This document shows positions 1-9,814 of a stretch of DNA of 42,357 nucleotides, one piece after another. The translations under genes and the position numbers were made by a program. This DNA comes from Firmicutes bacterium UBA5496 (GTDB taxonomy: Bacteria > Bacillota > Proteinivoracia > UBA4975): positions 1 through 42,357 of the forward strand of contig DIPE01000027.1 of the NCBI GenBank assembly GCA_002427015.1. Reading direction: 5' to 3'. How positions within the stretch are numbered: the first letter of the stretch is position 1; each line of letters begins with the position of its first letter. The notes below the pieces were generated by a model, which did no database searches, was not told the origin of the DNA, and was given only the letters and a program-made list of their open reading frames with translations.

Positions 1-507
1 GGTCGGATCCTCTTCGTAGGCACAAAAAAGCAGGCTCAAGAAGCTGTCGCCACCGAAGCTACGAAAGCAGGCGAGTTTTACGTCAACCAGCGTTGGCTGG
101 GAGGAACTCTCACAAACTTTGTGACCATCCGAAAACGAATTCAAAGGCTTCTTGAATTGGAAGAGTGGGAGACAAGCGGGTATCTTGAGCGTCTCACAAA
201 GAAAGAAGCGGCCCTGCTTATGAAGGAAAAGGAGAAGCTCGAGAAGTACTTCGTCGGCATAAAGGGAATGCAATCACTCCCGGACGCCCTTTTCATAGTC
301 GACCCTCGCAAAGAGCGCATCGCCATCCTAGAGGCTCGCCGTTTGGGCATCCCGGTGGTAGCCATAGTTGATACCAACTGCGATCCAGACGAGATCGATT
401 ACGTCATACCCGGCAATGATGATGCCATCCGGGCGGTAAAACTTATGTGTTCCCGAATTGCTGACGCAGTACTGGAGGGAAAACAAGGAGAGCAAACCAC
501 AGAATAA
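1..507 (+). CDS. rpsB: 30S ribosomal protein S2, 5' end cut by the window edge
   Basis: Frame 1 is open from base 1 ([30 protein letters not shown]) and continues into the listed 121..507 ORF ([33 protein letters not shown]). These are classic S2 motifs, and tsf follows as in most bacteria. Confidence 0.93.
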   Translation, partial: GRILFVGTKKQAQEAVATEATKAGEFYVNQRWLGGTLTNFVTIRKRIQRLLELEEWETSGYLERLTKKEAALLMKEKEKLEKYFVGIKGMQSLPDALFIVDPRKERIAILEARRLGIPVVAIVDTNCDPDEIDYVIPGNDDAIRAVKLMCSRIADAVLEGKQGEQTTE

Positions 508-518
508 TGGCTAATAGC

Positions 519-562
519 GGGGTGATTGAGGTTGGGTGTGCCAGTCCTCGTCACCCCTTTTT
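519..562 (+). terminator. Stem-loop plus T-tract between rpsB and tsf (candidate partial terminator or attenuator)
   Basis: ggggtga (519-525) pairs with tcacccc (551-557). An inner gagg/cctc pairing (528-531/546-549) is possible, and ttttt follows at 558-562. Confidence 0.4.
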
Positions 563-587
563 GAATGAATTGAGGAGGTTGAAATAA

Positions 588-1235
588 TTGATTACTGCGG
601 GTATGGTTAAAGAATTACGCGAGAGAACCGGCGTGGGGATGATGGACTGTAAAAATGCGCTGGTTGAGACCGGGGGAGATATGGAAAAGGCGATCGAGGT
701 ATTGCGTACCAGGGGACTGGCTCAAGCAACCAAAAAGGCATCCCGGGTAGCCAGTGAAGGCTTGGTTTCTTCATATATCCATATGGGGGGACGTATCGGT
801 GTGCTTTTGGAAATAAACTGTGAAACAGATTTTGTCGCCAAGAACAGCGACTTTCAGGAACTTGTGCACGATATCTGCATGCATGTGGCCGCTTCCAATC
901 CTAGGTATGTTGCCAAGGAACAGGTGGAGCCCGCGGTTATAGAACATGAAAAACAAATTCTCATCAATCAGGCCATCAATGAAGGGAAGAAGCCCGAAAT
1001 TGCCGAAAAAGTCGTCACCGGCCGCCTGGAGAAATTCATCAGTGAGATTTGCCTCTTAGAACAGCCCTTCGTCAAAGACCCGGATATTACTGTCGGCCAG
1101 ATGGTGCAGCAAAAGATCTCCCAATTTGGGGAAAATATTTCCGTGCGCAGGTTTGCCCGTTTTGAGATGGGGGAAGGCCTGCAAAAACGGCAGGATGATT
1201 TTGCCGCCGAAATCGCCAAGCTGCAGCAAAAATAA
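588..1235 (+). CDS. tsf: Elongation factor Ts (short ~215 aa form)
   Basis: TTG start follows GAGGAGG (573-579). The N-terminus ITAGMVKELRERTGVGMMDCKNAL is the EF-Ts UBA-like signature, and INCETDFVAKN is the core motif. Confidence 0.93.
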   Translation: MITAGMVKELRERTGVGMMDCKNALVETGGDMEKAIEVLRTRGLAQATKKASRVASEGLVSSYIHMGGRIGVLLEINCETDFVAKNSDFQELVHDICMHVAASNPRYVAKEQVEPAVIEHEKQILINQAINEGKKPEIAEKVVTGRLEKFISEICLLEQPFVKDPDITVGQMVQQKISQFGENISVRRFARFEMGEGLQKRQDDFAAEIAKLQQK

Positions 1236-1239
1236 TGAC

Positions 1240-1263
1240 AGAGCACACTCAGTGCTCTTTTTT
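1240..1263 (+). terminator. Rho-independent terminator after tsf
   Basis: agagcac (1240-1246) pairs with gtgctct (1252-1258) across a 5-nt loop, followed by a T run. Confidence 0.6.
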
Positions 1264-1282
1264 CTGAAAAAAGGAATTTTAA

Positions 1283-2035
<753 letters not shown>

Positions 2036-2041
2036 ATTTAG

Positions 2042-2599
2042 GTGTTTGATGAAATTTACAGTGATGCCAAGACGAGGATGGCAAAGGCAATTGAATCCCT
2101 TAAAGCTGAGTTCAATTCTGTAAGGGCCGGGAGGGCGAATCCCTCTCTCCTGGACCGCTTGACTGTGGAGTACTATGGCGTGGTCACACCTCTAAAACAA
2201 ATGGCCAACATCAGCGCTCCCGACCCCAGAACTTTGGTGATTCAGCCCTGGGACAAGACCGCACTTGCTGAAATTGAAAAGACTGTATTAAAGTCCGGTC
2301 TGGGCCTTACTCCTAACAATGACGGGACATTAATCCGGCTGTCAATTCCTCAGCTCACCCAGGAGCGCCGGGTTGAACTGGTAAAACTGGTGCGCAAAAA
2401 AACTGAAGAGGGAAAAGTCGCTATCCGCAATATTCGCAGGGACGCCAATGATTTGATTAAGTCTTTGCAAAAGGATGGCGAGATCTCCGAAGATGACGAA
2501 CGCCGTCATCAGGAGGAAATTCAGAAGTTAACGGATCAGTACACTAAGCTTGCTGATGAACAGCTGAGCATTAAAGAAGCAGAAATTATGGAAGTATAA
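2042..2599 (+). CDS. frr: Ribosome recycling factor
   Basis: GTG start. The 185-aa product contains FNSVRAGRANPSLLD and IRNIRRDAND, typical of RRF. Position pyrH-frr-uppS is canonical. Confidence 0.93.
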   Translation: MFDEIYSDAKTRMAKAIESLKAEFNSVRAGRANPSLLDRLTVEYYGVVTPLKQMANISAPDPRTLVIQPWDKTALAEIEKTVLKSGLGLTPNNDGTLIRLSIPQLTQERRVELVKLVRKKTEEGKVAIRNIRRDANDLIKSLQKDGEISEDDERRHQEEIQKLTDQYTKLADEQLSIKEAEIMEV

Positions 2600-2610
2600 C
2601 TGTGTAACTT

Positions 2611-2628
2611 GCGCCCCGAATGGGGCGC
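2611..2628 (+). other. GC-rich hairpin between frr and uppS with no U-tract
   Basis: gcgcccc (2611-2617) pairs with ggggcgc (2622-2628) around the loop gaat. Only two T residues follow, so this is not a canonical terminator. Confidence 0.35.
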
Positions 2629-2650
2629 TTCGACTGAAATGAGGGATGGC

Positions 2651-3397
2651 ATGTTTAAGAAAAAGCGGATCGCCAGAGGGCTGGATGCCATACGCCGGGG
2701 GCCCATTCCCCAACATCTTGCGATTATTATGGATGGCAACGGGCGCTGGGCTCGAAAAAGGGGATTGCCCAGAGTGGCAGGGCACAGAGCTGGAATGGAT
2801 GCTATCAACAGGTGCCTGGATGGATTAAAAGGTATAGATGTCAAATACCTGACCCTGTATGCCTTTTCCACAGAAAACTGGCGCCGCCCCAAGGCAGAAG
2901 TTGACTATCTCATGAACCTGCCTGGCCAGTTCATTGCCAAGGAACTGGACACTATGATCGCCAACAATATACGCTTAAAAGTGATTGGGGACATGGACGG
3001 CTTGCCTGATCATACCCGCGCTTCCGTAACCAAGGGGATTGAGGCAACCGCCGGCAATTCCGGCCTTACTTTATCTTTTGCCTTGAATTATGGCTCCAGG
3101 GAAGAAATTCTCAAGGCAGTCCGTCAGTTGGGCCAGATGTGCCAAAGGGGCATACTTGACCCTGCAGACATCGCCAGCGAAGAATTCGAAAAATGCCTGT
3201 ACACCGCGGGTATGCCAAGTCCCGACCTGATAATCAGAACCAGCGGTGAAATTAGAATCAGCAATTTCCTTCTCTGGCAAATGGCTTATTCGGAGCTTTG
3301 TTTTATCGATACCCTGTGGCCGGATTTTAATGAACTTCATCTCTATGAAGCCATTGCCGATTTTCAGCAGCGTCAGCGCCGGTTTGGCGGAATTTAA
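2651..3397 (+). CDS. uppS: Undecaprenyl (isoprenyl) diphosphate synthase
   Basis: ATG 2651 follows GAGGGA; the ORF-track start 2609 lies inside the hairpin. Motifs: HLAIIMDGNGRWA, AFSTENWRRP, RTSGEIRISNFLLWQ. Confidence 0.9.
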   Translation: MFKKKRIARGLDAIRRGPIPQHLAIIMDGNGRWARKRGLPRVAGHRAGMDAINRCLDGLKGIDVKYLTLYAFSTENWRRPKAEVDYLMNLPGQFIAKELDTMIANNIRLKVIGDMDGLPDHTRASVTKGIEATAGNSGLTLSFALNYGSREEILKAVRQLGQMCQRGILDPADIASEEFEKCLYTAGMPSPDLIIRTSGEIRISNFLLWQMAYSELCFIDTLWPDFNELHLYEAIADFQQRQRRFGGI

Positions 3398-3418
3398 GGA
3401 CAGGAGGCGAATATAGAA

Positions 3419-4195
3419 ATGCGTGCACGCCTATTAACTGCTGCAGTGGGGATACCCGTTGTCATTGCAGCCCTATATTTTGGGGGACCTGTGTTTTTTA
3501 TCTTTATGGCTTTATTTTCTCTGGGGGCAATGTTTGAATTCGCCCGCATGCTTGGCCTGTCTCAGCCCTTAAGCGCTGCCGCTGGGGGGACAATCGTTAT
3601 TCCCTATTACCTCAATCTCTATTTTCACTTTATCCCCTGGGATGCTTACCTTTTGCTTTACATCATCATTGCCGCCAGCATCTTCTTTGTCTTTTGTTTC
3701 AGCAAGCTGAGCTTTCAGCAGTCCAGCGGCTTAATTTTTGGCGGCATCTATATTACAGTCTTGGCTTCGACTCTGGCCCTGGTGAGGAATATGGACAAGG
3801 GCATGTTCCTGACCCTGGCAGTCTTTCTCGTCACCTGGGGAACAGACTCCGGCGCCTTTTTTGTCGGAATGCTCTTGGGCAAGCGGAAATTAGCCCCGGC
3901 TATTTCTCCCAACAAATCCTGGGCCGGCGCCCTGGGAGGTTTTATTTCCGGCATCATCATCGCTACGGCAATTGGCATACTAATTAAGGGGAATGTGCTT
4001 ATCTTTTTCTTGTGGGGTTGCGCTGGGGCCATTTTTGGCCAGATTGGCGACCTGTGTGAATCAGCATTTAAACGCTTTGCCGGGGTTAAGGATTCCGGCA
4101 AGTTTTTCCCCGGCCACGGCGGTTTTCTTGACCGCATTGACAGTTTGCTCTTTGTCTCGGCCCTGGCCTATATATTTTTTGGGGTGTTGGCATGA
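3419..4195 (+). CDS. cdsA: Phosphatidate cytidylyltransferase
   Basis: Polytopic membrane protein with the CdsA signature SAFKRFAGVKDSGKFFPGHGGFLDRIDS. AGGAGG lies upstream. Confidence 0.88.
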   Translation: MRARLLTAAVGIPVVIAALYFGGPVFFIFMALFSLGAMFEFARMLGLSQPLSAAAGGTIVIPYYLNLYFHFIPWDAYLLLYIIIAASIFFVFCFSKLSFQQSSGLIFGGIYITVLASTLALVRNMDKGMFLTLAVFLVTWGTDSGAFFVGMLLGKRKLAPAISPNKSWAGALGGFISGIIIATAIGILIKGNVLIFFLWGCAGAIFGQIGDLCESAFKRFAGVKDSGKFFPGHGGFLDRIDSLLFVSALAYIFFGVLA

Positions 4196-5352
4196 GATCC
4201 TTAGCTGTATTAGGCTCTACCGGTTCCATTGGCACCCAGACTTTGCGAGTTCTGCAGCAGAACCCCGGGCAGTATAATGTACAGCTGTTGTGCGCAAATT
4301 CAAACTGGCGCCTGCTGGAGGAACAAGTCCGTGTTTTCCGGCCCCGGTGGGCGGTTCTGGCAGACCCGGGGGCCGCTGGGGAACTGCAAGCAAGAGTAAG
4401 GGATGTCAATGTCCAAGTTCTGACCGGGGAAAAGGCCCTGGCAGACTTGTTGGCTTCTCAAGGGTTTGACATTGTAGTGGCTGGGATGGTAGGGCATGCC
4501 GGGTTGCTGCCGGTTATTGCCGCAATCCAGGCGGGAGCGGATATCGCTCTGGCCAACAAAGAAGTGTTGGTAATGGCTGGCCATTTGGTGACAGCTCTTT
4601 GCCGCCAAAAAGGAGTTTCCTTGCTCCCCCTGGACAGTGAGCATTCCGCCATTTTTCAATGCCTCCAGGGCCACAGCAGCAAGGATATCAATAAACTAAT
4701 TCTTACTGCTTCCGGCGGTCCCTTTTTGGGGAAATCACCGGACCAATTGGCAAATGTTACCCCTGCCCAGGCAGTGAAACACCCCAATTGGAAAATGGGG
4801 GCAAAAATTTCTGTAGATTCAGCATCGCTAATGAACAAGGGATTGGAGATAATAGAGGCCAGCTGGCTGTTTGGGATTAGTCCCGAAAAAATCGATGTGC
4901 TTGTGCATCCCCAGAGCATCATCCATTCCATGGTCGAATTCAGAGATGGGACTGTCCTCGCTCAGCTGGGCGTTCCTTCCATGGAGCTGCCAATACAATT
5001 TGCTTTATCCTGGCCCAGGCGCTGGCCGGGTCCTGACAGCTATTTTCTCGACTGGTTGAATCTGCCCAGTCTCAGCTTTTCTCAGCCGGATACTGTAGCC
5101 TTTCCCTGCCTGGATTTGGCAAGAGCGGCAATTAGGAAGGGGGGCAACGCTCCTGCTGTCCTTAGCACCGCTAATGACATTTGCGTGGAGTATTTTCTTG
5201 CAGGCAAGCTGAGCTTTTACGGGATACCCAGGGTAATTGAGCAGATGCTGGCTGTGGTGCCCTGGCAGGCAGATCCCGATTTAAGCTCAATACTTAAAAC
5301 CATGGAAAGCACAATCCAGGAAACCAAAAATTACATAGAGAGCATGGAGTGA
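4192..5352 (+). CDS. dxr: 1-deoxy-D-xylulose 5-phosphate reductoisomerase
   Basis: ATGA overlap with the cdsA stop. Motifs: LGSTGSIGTQTL (NADPH site), LANKE, DSEHSAIFQC, HPNWKMG. Confidence 0.93.
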   Translation: MRSLAVLGSTGSIGTQTLRVLQQNPGQYNVQLLCANSNWRLLEEQVRVFRPRWAVLADPGAAGELQARVRDVNVQVLTGEKALADLLASQGFDIVVAGMVGHAGLLPVIAAIQAGADIALANKEVLVMAGHLVTALCRQKGVSLLPLDSEHSAIFQCLQGHSSKDINKLILTASGGPFLGKSPDQLANVTPAQAVKHPNWKMGAKISVDSASLMNKGLEIIEASWLFGISPEKIDVLVHPQSIIHSMVEFRDGTVLAQLGVPSMELPIQFALSWPRRWPGPDSYFLDWLNLPSLSFSQPDTVAFPCLDLARAAIRKGGNAPAVLSTANDICVEYFLAGKLSFYGIPRVIEQMLAVVPWQADPDLSSILKTMESTIQETKNYIESME

Positions 5353-5356
5353 TGGT

Positions 5357-6367
5357 ATGGCTATCTTGATAGCTGTCATTGTATTCAGCGTTATCATCAT
5401 TGTTCACGAACTGGGTCACTTTTTAGCCGCCAAGGCTGTGGGAATAGCAGTAGAGGAGTTTTCTGTGGGTTTTGGACCTAAGCTGGTCAGCCTGGGCAAG
5501 GACACGAAATTTTCTCTCCGCCTTGTGCCTATGGGGGGATTTGTGCGCATGCTGGGCGAAGAAGATGGGGCCGGGGAAGATAACCCTGCCAGCTATCCCA
5601 ATAAAACTCCTTTGCAGCGCATGGCAGTGATTGCAGCGGGACCGGTGATGAACTTTCTCCTGGCCATGCTGATCTTTATCCTCCTTTACAGCGCTGTGGG
5701 CGTAGTGGGTGAAAATGTGGCGATAATCGGCGATGTGGTGCCCGGTTCTCCTGCTGAGCAGGCGGGGCTGCTGCCGGGGGATGAGATTTTGTCTATCGAT
5801 TCTCAGCCTACAGAGAAATGGACAGATATTCAAAATTATGTGCGGGCCAGCGCCAATAAGACCCTTAAGTTTACTTACAGGCGCGGGGACCAAACTGATA
5901 CTGTCGAGATAGCGCCCCGCATGGGCCAGCAATATCCGGAAGTGGGGATTGCGCCCCGGGTCAAACGTTTATCTGTAGGCGCCAGCATAATTCAGGGAGT
6001 ACGGGAAACAGGCAGAATGACCGCTGCGGTAGTTAGCAGCCTGGCTGGGATTATCACCCGCAAGATTCCTGTGGGGGATTTGACAGGACCCATTGGCATC
6101 GTATACTATGTGGGCCAGGCCGCCCGGGCGGGCTTGCTCAACGTGCTGAGCCTGGGCGCCTTGATCAGTGTCAATTTAGGACTCTTTAATCTGCTGCCAA
6201 TTCCTGCCCTTGACGGCAGCAAGATTGTCTTGTTGGGTGTGGAATTAATCAGAAAGAAACCCCTGGACCCTCATAAGGAAAGCATTATTCATCTTGTGGG
6301 TTTTGCCCTGCTCATTACTTTGATGCTGGTTGTCATGTACAAAGATATTCTTCGCTTTATTCTGTAG
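5357..6367 (+). CDS. rseP: Site-2 (RIP) zinc metalloprotease, RseP/RasP family
   Basis: HELGH zinc motif in TM1, a central PDZ-like segment (GSPAEQAGLLPGDEILSID), and NLLPIPALDG near the C-terminus. Confidence 0.88.
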   Translation: MAILIAVIVFSVIIIVHELGHFLAAKAVGIAVEEFSVGFGPKLVSLGKDTKFSLRLVPMGGFVRMLGEEDGAGEDNPASYPNKTPLQRMAVIAAGPVMNFLLAMLIFILLYSAVGVVGENVAIIGDVVPGSPAEQAGLLPGDEILSIDSQPTEKWTDIQNYVRASANKTLKFTYRRGDQTDTVEIAPRMGQQYPEVGIAPRVKRLSVGASIIQGVRETGRMTAAVVSSLAGIITRKIPVGDLTGPIGIVYYVGQAARAGLLNVLSLGALISVNLGLFNLLPIPALDGSKIVLLGVELIRKKPLDPHKESIIHLVGFALLITLMLVVMYKDILRFIL

Positions 6368-6376
6368 GCGGCTGTT

Positions 6377-7429
6377 ATGGAGAGATTGACAACCAGGACT
6401 GTTGATGCAGGCGGCGTAAAAATCGGCGGGGACAATCCCATAGTTATTCAGTCGATGACAAATACCGATACCAAAGATGTTGAAAGCACTGTCGGACAGA
6501 TTAAACGGCTTGTGGCTGCAGGCTGTGAGCTGGTCAGGGTTGCTGTGCCTGACAAAGAATCTGCCAGGGCCCTCAAGAGAATCCGGGCTTTAAGCCCCGT
6601 TCCCTTGGTGGCTGACATTCATTTTGATTATAATTTAGCCTTGGCGGCCCTGGATGCAGGCATTGACAAGCTGCGAATCAATCCGGGGACTATTGGAGCC
6701 AAGGCCCTCAAGGCAGTTGTCACGGCTGCCGTTAGCCAGCAGGTGCCTGTCCGGATTGGCGTTAATTCCGGCTCCATCCACAGAGATTACCGGCACTTAT
6801 CCCGCATTGACGCTTTGGTAAAAAGCGCCCGCTATTATTGCGAGGCTATCGAAAGCATGGGCTGCAAGGATCTGGTAGTATCCCTCAAGTCCTCGTCAGT
6901 GCTGGAGACATACAGGGCAACAGAGCAGTTCGCCCTGGGCAATGATTATCCCATTCACTTGGGAGTTACTGAGGCTGGAACTGTCCGGTCCAGCACCATC
7001 AAGTCGTCTATAGGCATCGGCGCCTTGCTCCTTCAGGGCATAGGCGATACTCTCAGGGTTTCGGTCACCGGTCCCCCGGAAAGTGAAATCCCCATTGCCA
7101 TCGGGATTTTACGGGCTTTGGGCTTGCGGCCGGGGGTGGAAATTATCAGTTGTCCCACCTGCGGCCGCAGCGGTTATGACGTAGCTAAGGCCGCCCAGGA
7201 GGTGGAAGCTCATTTGAGCAGGGTTGACCTTCCCCTGAAAATCGCGGTAATGGGATGCGTTGTCAATGGACCGGGAGAGGGGAGACATGCAGATTTCGGC
7301 ATTGCCTTTGGGCCCAGTGAAGGAGTTCTCTTTCAAAAAGGTGAAGTAGTCCAAAAAATGCCCAATGGGGAACTGCCCGCCGCACTGCTGAAACTCATTG
7401 ACATAGAGACCCGAAGATCCGAGGTGTGA
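6377..7429 (+). CDS. ispG: 4-hydroxy-3-methylbut-2-enyl diphosphate synthase
   Basis: Motifs IQSMTNTDT, RINPGT and VTEAG, plus the C-terminal Fe-S ligand motifs SCPTCGR and GCVVNGPGE. Confidence 0.93.
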   Translation: MERLTTRTVDAGGVKIGGDNPIVIQSMTNTDTKDVESTVGQIKRLVAAGCELVRVAVPDKESARALKRIRALSPVPLVADIHFDYNLALAALDAGIDKLRINPGTIGAKALKAVVTAAVSQQVPVRIGVNSGSIHRDYRHLSRIDALVKSARYYCEAIESMGCKDLVVSLKSSSVLETYRATEQFALGNDYPIHLGVTEAGTVRSSTIKSSIGIGALLLQGIGDTLRVSVTGPPESEIPIAIGILRALGLRPGVEIISCPTCGRSGYDVAKAAQEVEAHLSRVDLPLKIAVMGCVVNGPGEGRHADFGIAFGPSEGVLFQKGEVVQKMPNGELPAALLKLIDIETRRSEV

Positions 7430-7431
7430 GC

Positions 7432-8061
7432 ATGAATGTCACAGCCGTAATTCCCGCCTATAATGAGGAAAAAACAATTGCCAACGTTGTCCGGGTGTTG
7501 CTGGCATCGCCCAGCATCGACCAGGTGATTGTAGTCAGCGATGGCTCCACCGACAACACTGCTGCAGTCGCTGCCCAGCTGGGGGCGAGAGTAGTCAATT
7601 TGCCCGAGAACCTGGGCAAAGGCGGAGCGATGCTGGCAGGAGTCAAATATACTGACGCTGATTACATTATGTTCATTGATGCCGATCTCATTGGCCTCAG
7701 GCAGGACCATATTGACAATATGTTGGCCCCAATCAAGACAGGTGAAGTCGCCGCCACCCTGGGGGTATTTAAGAAGGGGCGGGTAGCCACCGACTTGGCG
7801 CAAAAAATAGCCCCTAACCTCACTGGCCAAAGGGTGATTAAAGCGTCTCTGCTTGAATTGGTCAAAGATATGGACATCTCCAGATTTGGCGTGGAGCTGG
7901 CGTTAAACCGCCTCTTGGAGGAACATCAGATTAAGTGGGCAACAGTAGAGTTGCCTGACCTCAGTCACGTAATGAAAGAAGAAAAACTGGGTTTCTGGAA
8001 GGGTTTTCTGGCAAGGTTGAAAATGTATAAAGAAATAATAACTTATTTCATTAAATATTAG
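7432..8061 (+). CDS. Small family-2 glycosyltransferase (about 209 aa, no obvious TM segment)
   Basis: GT-A fold motifs VIPAYNEEKTI, VSDGSTDNT and FIDADL (DXD). ATG 7432 lies 6 nt after GAGGTG. An alternative GTG at 7426 overlaps the ispG stop (GTGA). Confidence 0.75.
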   Translation: MNVTAVIPAYNEEKTIANVVRVLLASPSIDQVIVVSDGSTDNTAAVAAQLGARVVNLPENLGKGGAMLAGVKYTDADYIMFIDADLIGLRQDHIDNMLAPIKTGEVAATLGVFKKGRVATDLAQKIAPNLTGQRVIKASLLELVKDMDISRFGVELALNRLLEEHQIKWATVELPDLSHVMKEEKLGFWKGFLARLKMYKEIITYFIKY

Positions 8062-8073
8062 CGGGGGATTTGT

Positions 8074-8706
8074 ATGGTTGTTGCCCTGCGCCTGGTATTG
8101 GCTGTTATCTTTGGCAGCGTCATTGGTTTGGAAAGAGAGTTGCATAACCATCCGGCAGGATTTCGCACCCATATCTTGGTGTGCACAGGTTCTGCCCTGT
8201 TTACTCTGGTATCTGTTAACTCTTTTGGCAACTCGGACCCCTCAAGGGTTGCCGCGCAAATTGTCAGCGGCATAGGTTTCCTGGGAGCGGGGACAATTTT
8301 GCGGGAGGGCGCCACCATCCGCGGTCTTACTACTGCTGCCAGTCTGTGGTCGGTGGCCGGCGTCGGCATGGCAATTGGCACCGGCTACTACATGGGAGCT
8401 ATTCTCACAACCGTACTCATGGTGGTAGTGTTGTTCTTTTTTTCTTCCTTGGAACAGAAGATTTTACAGAGAACTGTTAAAGTAGTGGAAATGACAGTAG
8501 CAGATATTCCGGGTCAGCTGGGGCAAGTTGCTTCCAGGCTGGGGGAGTTGGGGATATCCATAAAATCCGTGGGCATTTCCCCTCAGTCCCCGGAGCAAGT
8601 AAATATTGAGTTGATGCTGAAAGTGCCTGCTTCCCTGCAGATGCATGAGGTGCTGGACTCTTTGGCCCAGCTGAAAGGGGTAAGCAGCATTAAGGCCGAT
8701 GATTGA
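8074..8706 (+). CDS. MgtC/SapB family membrane protein with a C-terminal ACT-like domain
   Basis: N-terminus LRLVLAVIFGSVIGLERE..AGFRTHILV is the MgtC signature. It has 4-5 TM segments and a soluble tail (VVEMTVADIPGQLGQVASRLGELGISIKSV). Confidence 0.8.
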   Translation: MVVALRLVLAVIFGSVIGLERELHNHPAGFRTHILVCTGSALFTLVSVNSFGNSDPSRVAAQIVSGIGFLGAGTILREGATIRGLTTAASLWSVAGVGMAIGTGYYMGAILTTVLMVVVLFFFSSLEQKILQRTVKVVEMTVADIPGQLGQVASRLGELGISIKSVGISPQSPEQVNIELMLKVPASLQMHEVLDSLAQLKGVSSIKADD

Positions 8707-8752
8707 TGAGTAGTTCGAGGTACCTTTCAATGATAAGCAAGGAGTGTTTTTC

Positions 8753-9814
8753 ATGGATGTAGTGGAATTTGTCGAGGCAATTGATCAGCTCTCCACAGAA
8801 AAGGGAATAGCAAAAGAATTGCTGTTTGAAGCGGTGGAGGCTGCCCTTGTTTCGGCATATAAAAAGAATTTTGCTTCACTGCAGAATGTCCGGGTGGACC
8901 TTAACCGCCAAACCGGCAAGATTAAGGTTCTGTCCCAAAAAGAAGTGGTGGAATCTGTCGAAAATCCCATGGAGCAGATTTCCCTGCGGGAGGCGCTGAA
9001 AATCAGCCCCGCATACGCCTGCGGCGATTTGGCCGAGGTGGAGGTTACGCCTAAGAACTTTGGCCGCATTGCCGCCCAGGCAGCAAAACAGGTGGTAATT
9101 CAAAAAATCCGTGAGGCAGAGCGGGATAAGATTTATGAAGAGTTTTCCAACCGGGAAAGCGAAGCCGTCACAGGCATTGTGCAAAATATCGAACAGGATA
9201 ATGTCTTTGTTGATATTGGCAAAACCGAAGCTATTCTCCCGCCCTCGGAACAGCTAAACGGCGATGTTTATGAGTCCCAGGCGCGGATGAAGTTCTATGT
9301 GCTTGAAGTCAAGAATTCGTCTAAAGGACCCCAAGTCTTTGTTTCCAGGACTCACCCGGGTTTGATCAAACGGTTGTTCGAAGCGGAGGTGCCGGAAATT
9401 TTTGACGGCACCGTGGAAATAAAGGCTGTTTCAAGAGAAGCTGGCCAGCGTTCCAAGATTGCTGTCTGGTCAGATAATCCTGATGTGGATCCCGTAGGCG
9501 CCTGCGTTGGGCCCAAGGGCATGCGGGTACAGGCAATTGTCAACGAACTCAAGGGCGAAAAGATTGATATCGTTCGCTGGAGCCCGGAAGCAGAAATCTT
9601 TGTCTCTAATGCCTTAAGCCCCGCCAAAGTTACAGAAGTCTTCGCCGCTGCCGAGGAGCGGATTGCCAGAGTAATTGTCCCTGACAATCAGCTGTCATTG
9701 GCAATCGGCAAGGAAGGTCAAAATGCCCGCCTGGCTGCCAGGCTGACCAGCTGGAAAATAGACATCAAGAGCGAAAGCCAGCATGAAGTAGGTGAGCAGG
9801 ATGAACAAGAATAA
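8753..9814 (+). CDS. nusA: Transcription termination/antitermination factor NusA
   Basis: N-terminal segment LSTEKGIAKELLFEAVEAALVSAYKK, an S1 domain, and two KH domains (GPKGMRVQAIVNELKGEKIDIV; LAIGKEGQNARLAARLT). ATG 8753 follows AAGGAG. Confidence 0.93.
   Translation: MDVVEFVEAIDQLSTEKGIAKELLFEAVEAALVSAYKKNFASLQNVRVDLNRQTGKIKVLSQKEVVESVENPMEQISLREALKISPAYACGDLAEVEVTPKNFGRIAAQAAKQVVIQKIREAERDKIYEEFSNRESEAVTGIVQNIEQDNVFVDIGKTEAILPPSEQLNGDVYESQARMKFYVLEVKNSSKGPQVFVSRTHPGLIKRLFEAEVPEIFDGTVEIKAVSREAGQRSKIAVWSDNPDVDPVGACVGPKGMRVQAIVNELKGEKIDIVRWSPEAEIFVSNALSPAKVTEVFAAAEERIARVIVPDNQLSLAIGKEGQNARLAARLTSWKIDIKSESQHEVGEQDEQE

Noticed and set aside
588-1235. EF-Ts of only 215 aa as a truncated gene
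   Set aside because: Short-form EF-Ts of about 200 aa, lacking the duplicated core subdomain, is normal in Thermus and in many Clostridia. The ORF ends at a proper terminator.
5423-5932. Other long antisense or alternative-frame ORFs (for example 5423..5932, 7333..7830, 10814..11305, 12242..12742, 16293..16808, 29634..30179, 32540..33031, 41121..41693)
   Set aside because: All are embedded in strongly supported plus-strand genes. They are rich in R/G/H/L/F as expected for non-coding frames, and none has a credible RBS.
7426-8706. GT2 plus MgtC as a horizontally acquired island
   Set aside because: There are no flanking direct repeats, tRNA, integrase or transposase. The junctions are seamless (stop/start overlap with ispG, 46 nt to nusA), and base composition is unremarkable by eye. 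I report it only as a synteny deviation.
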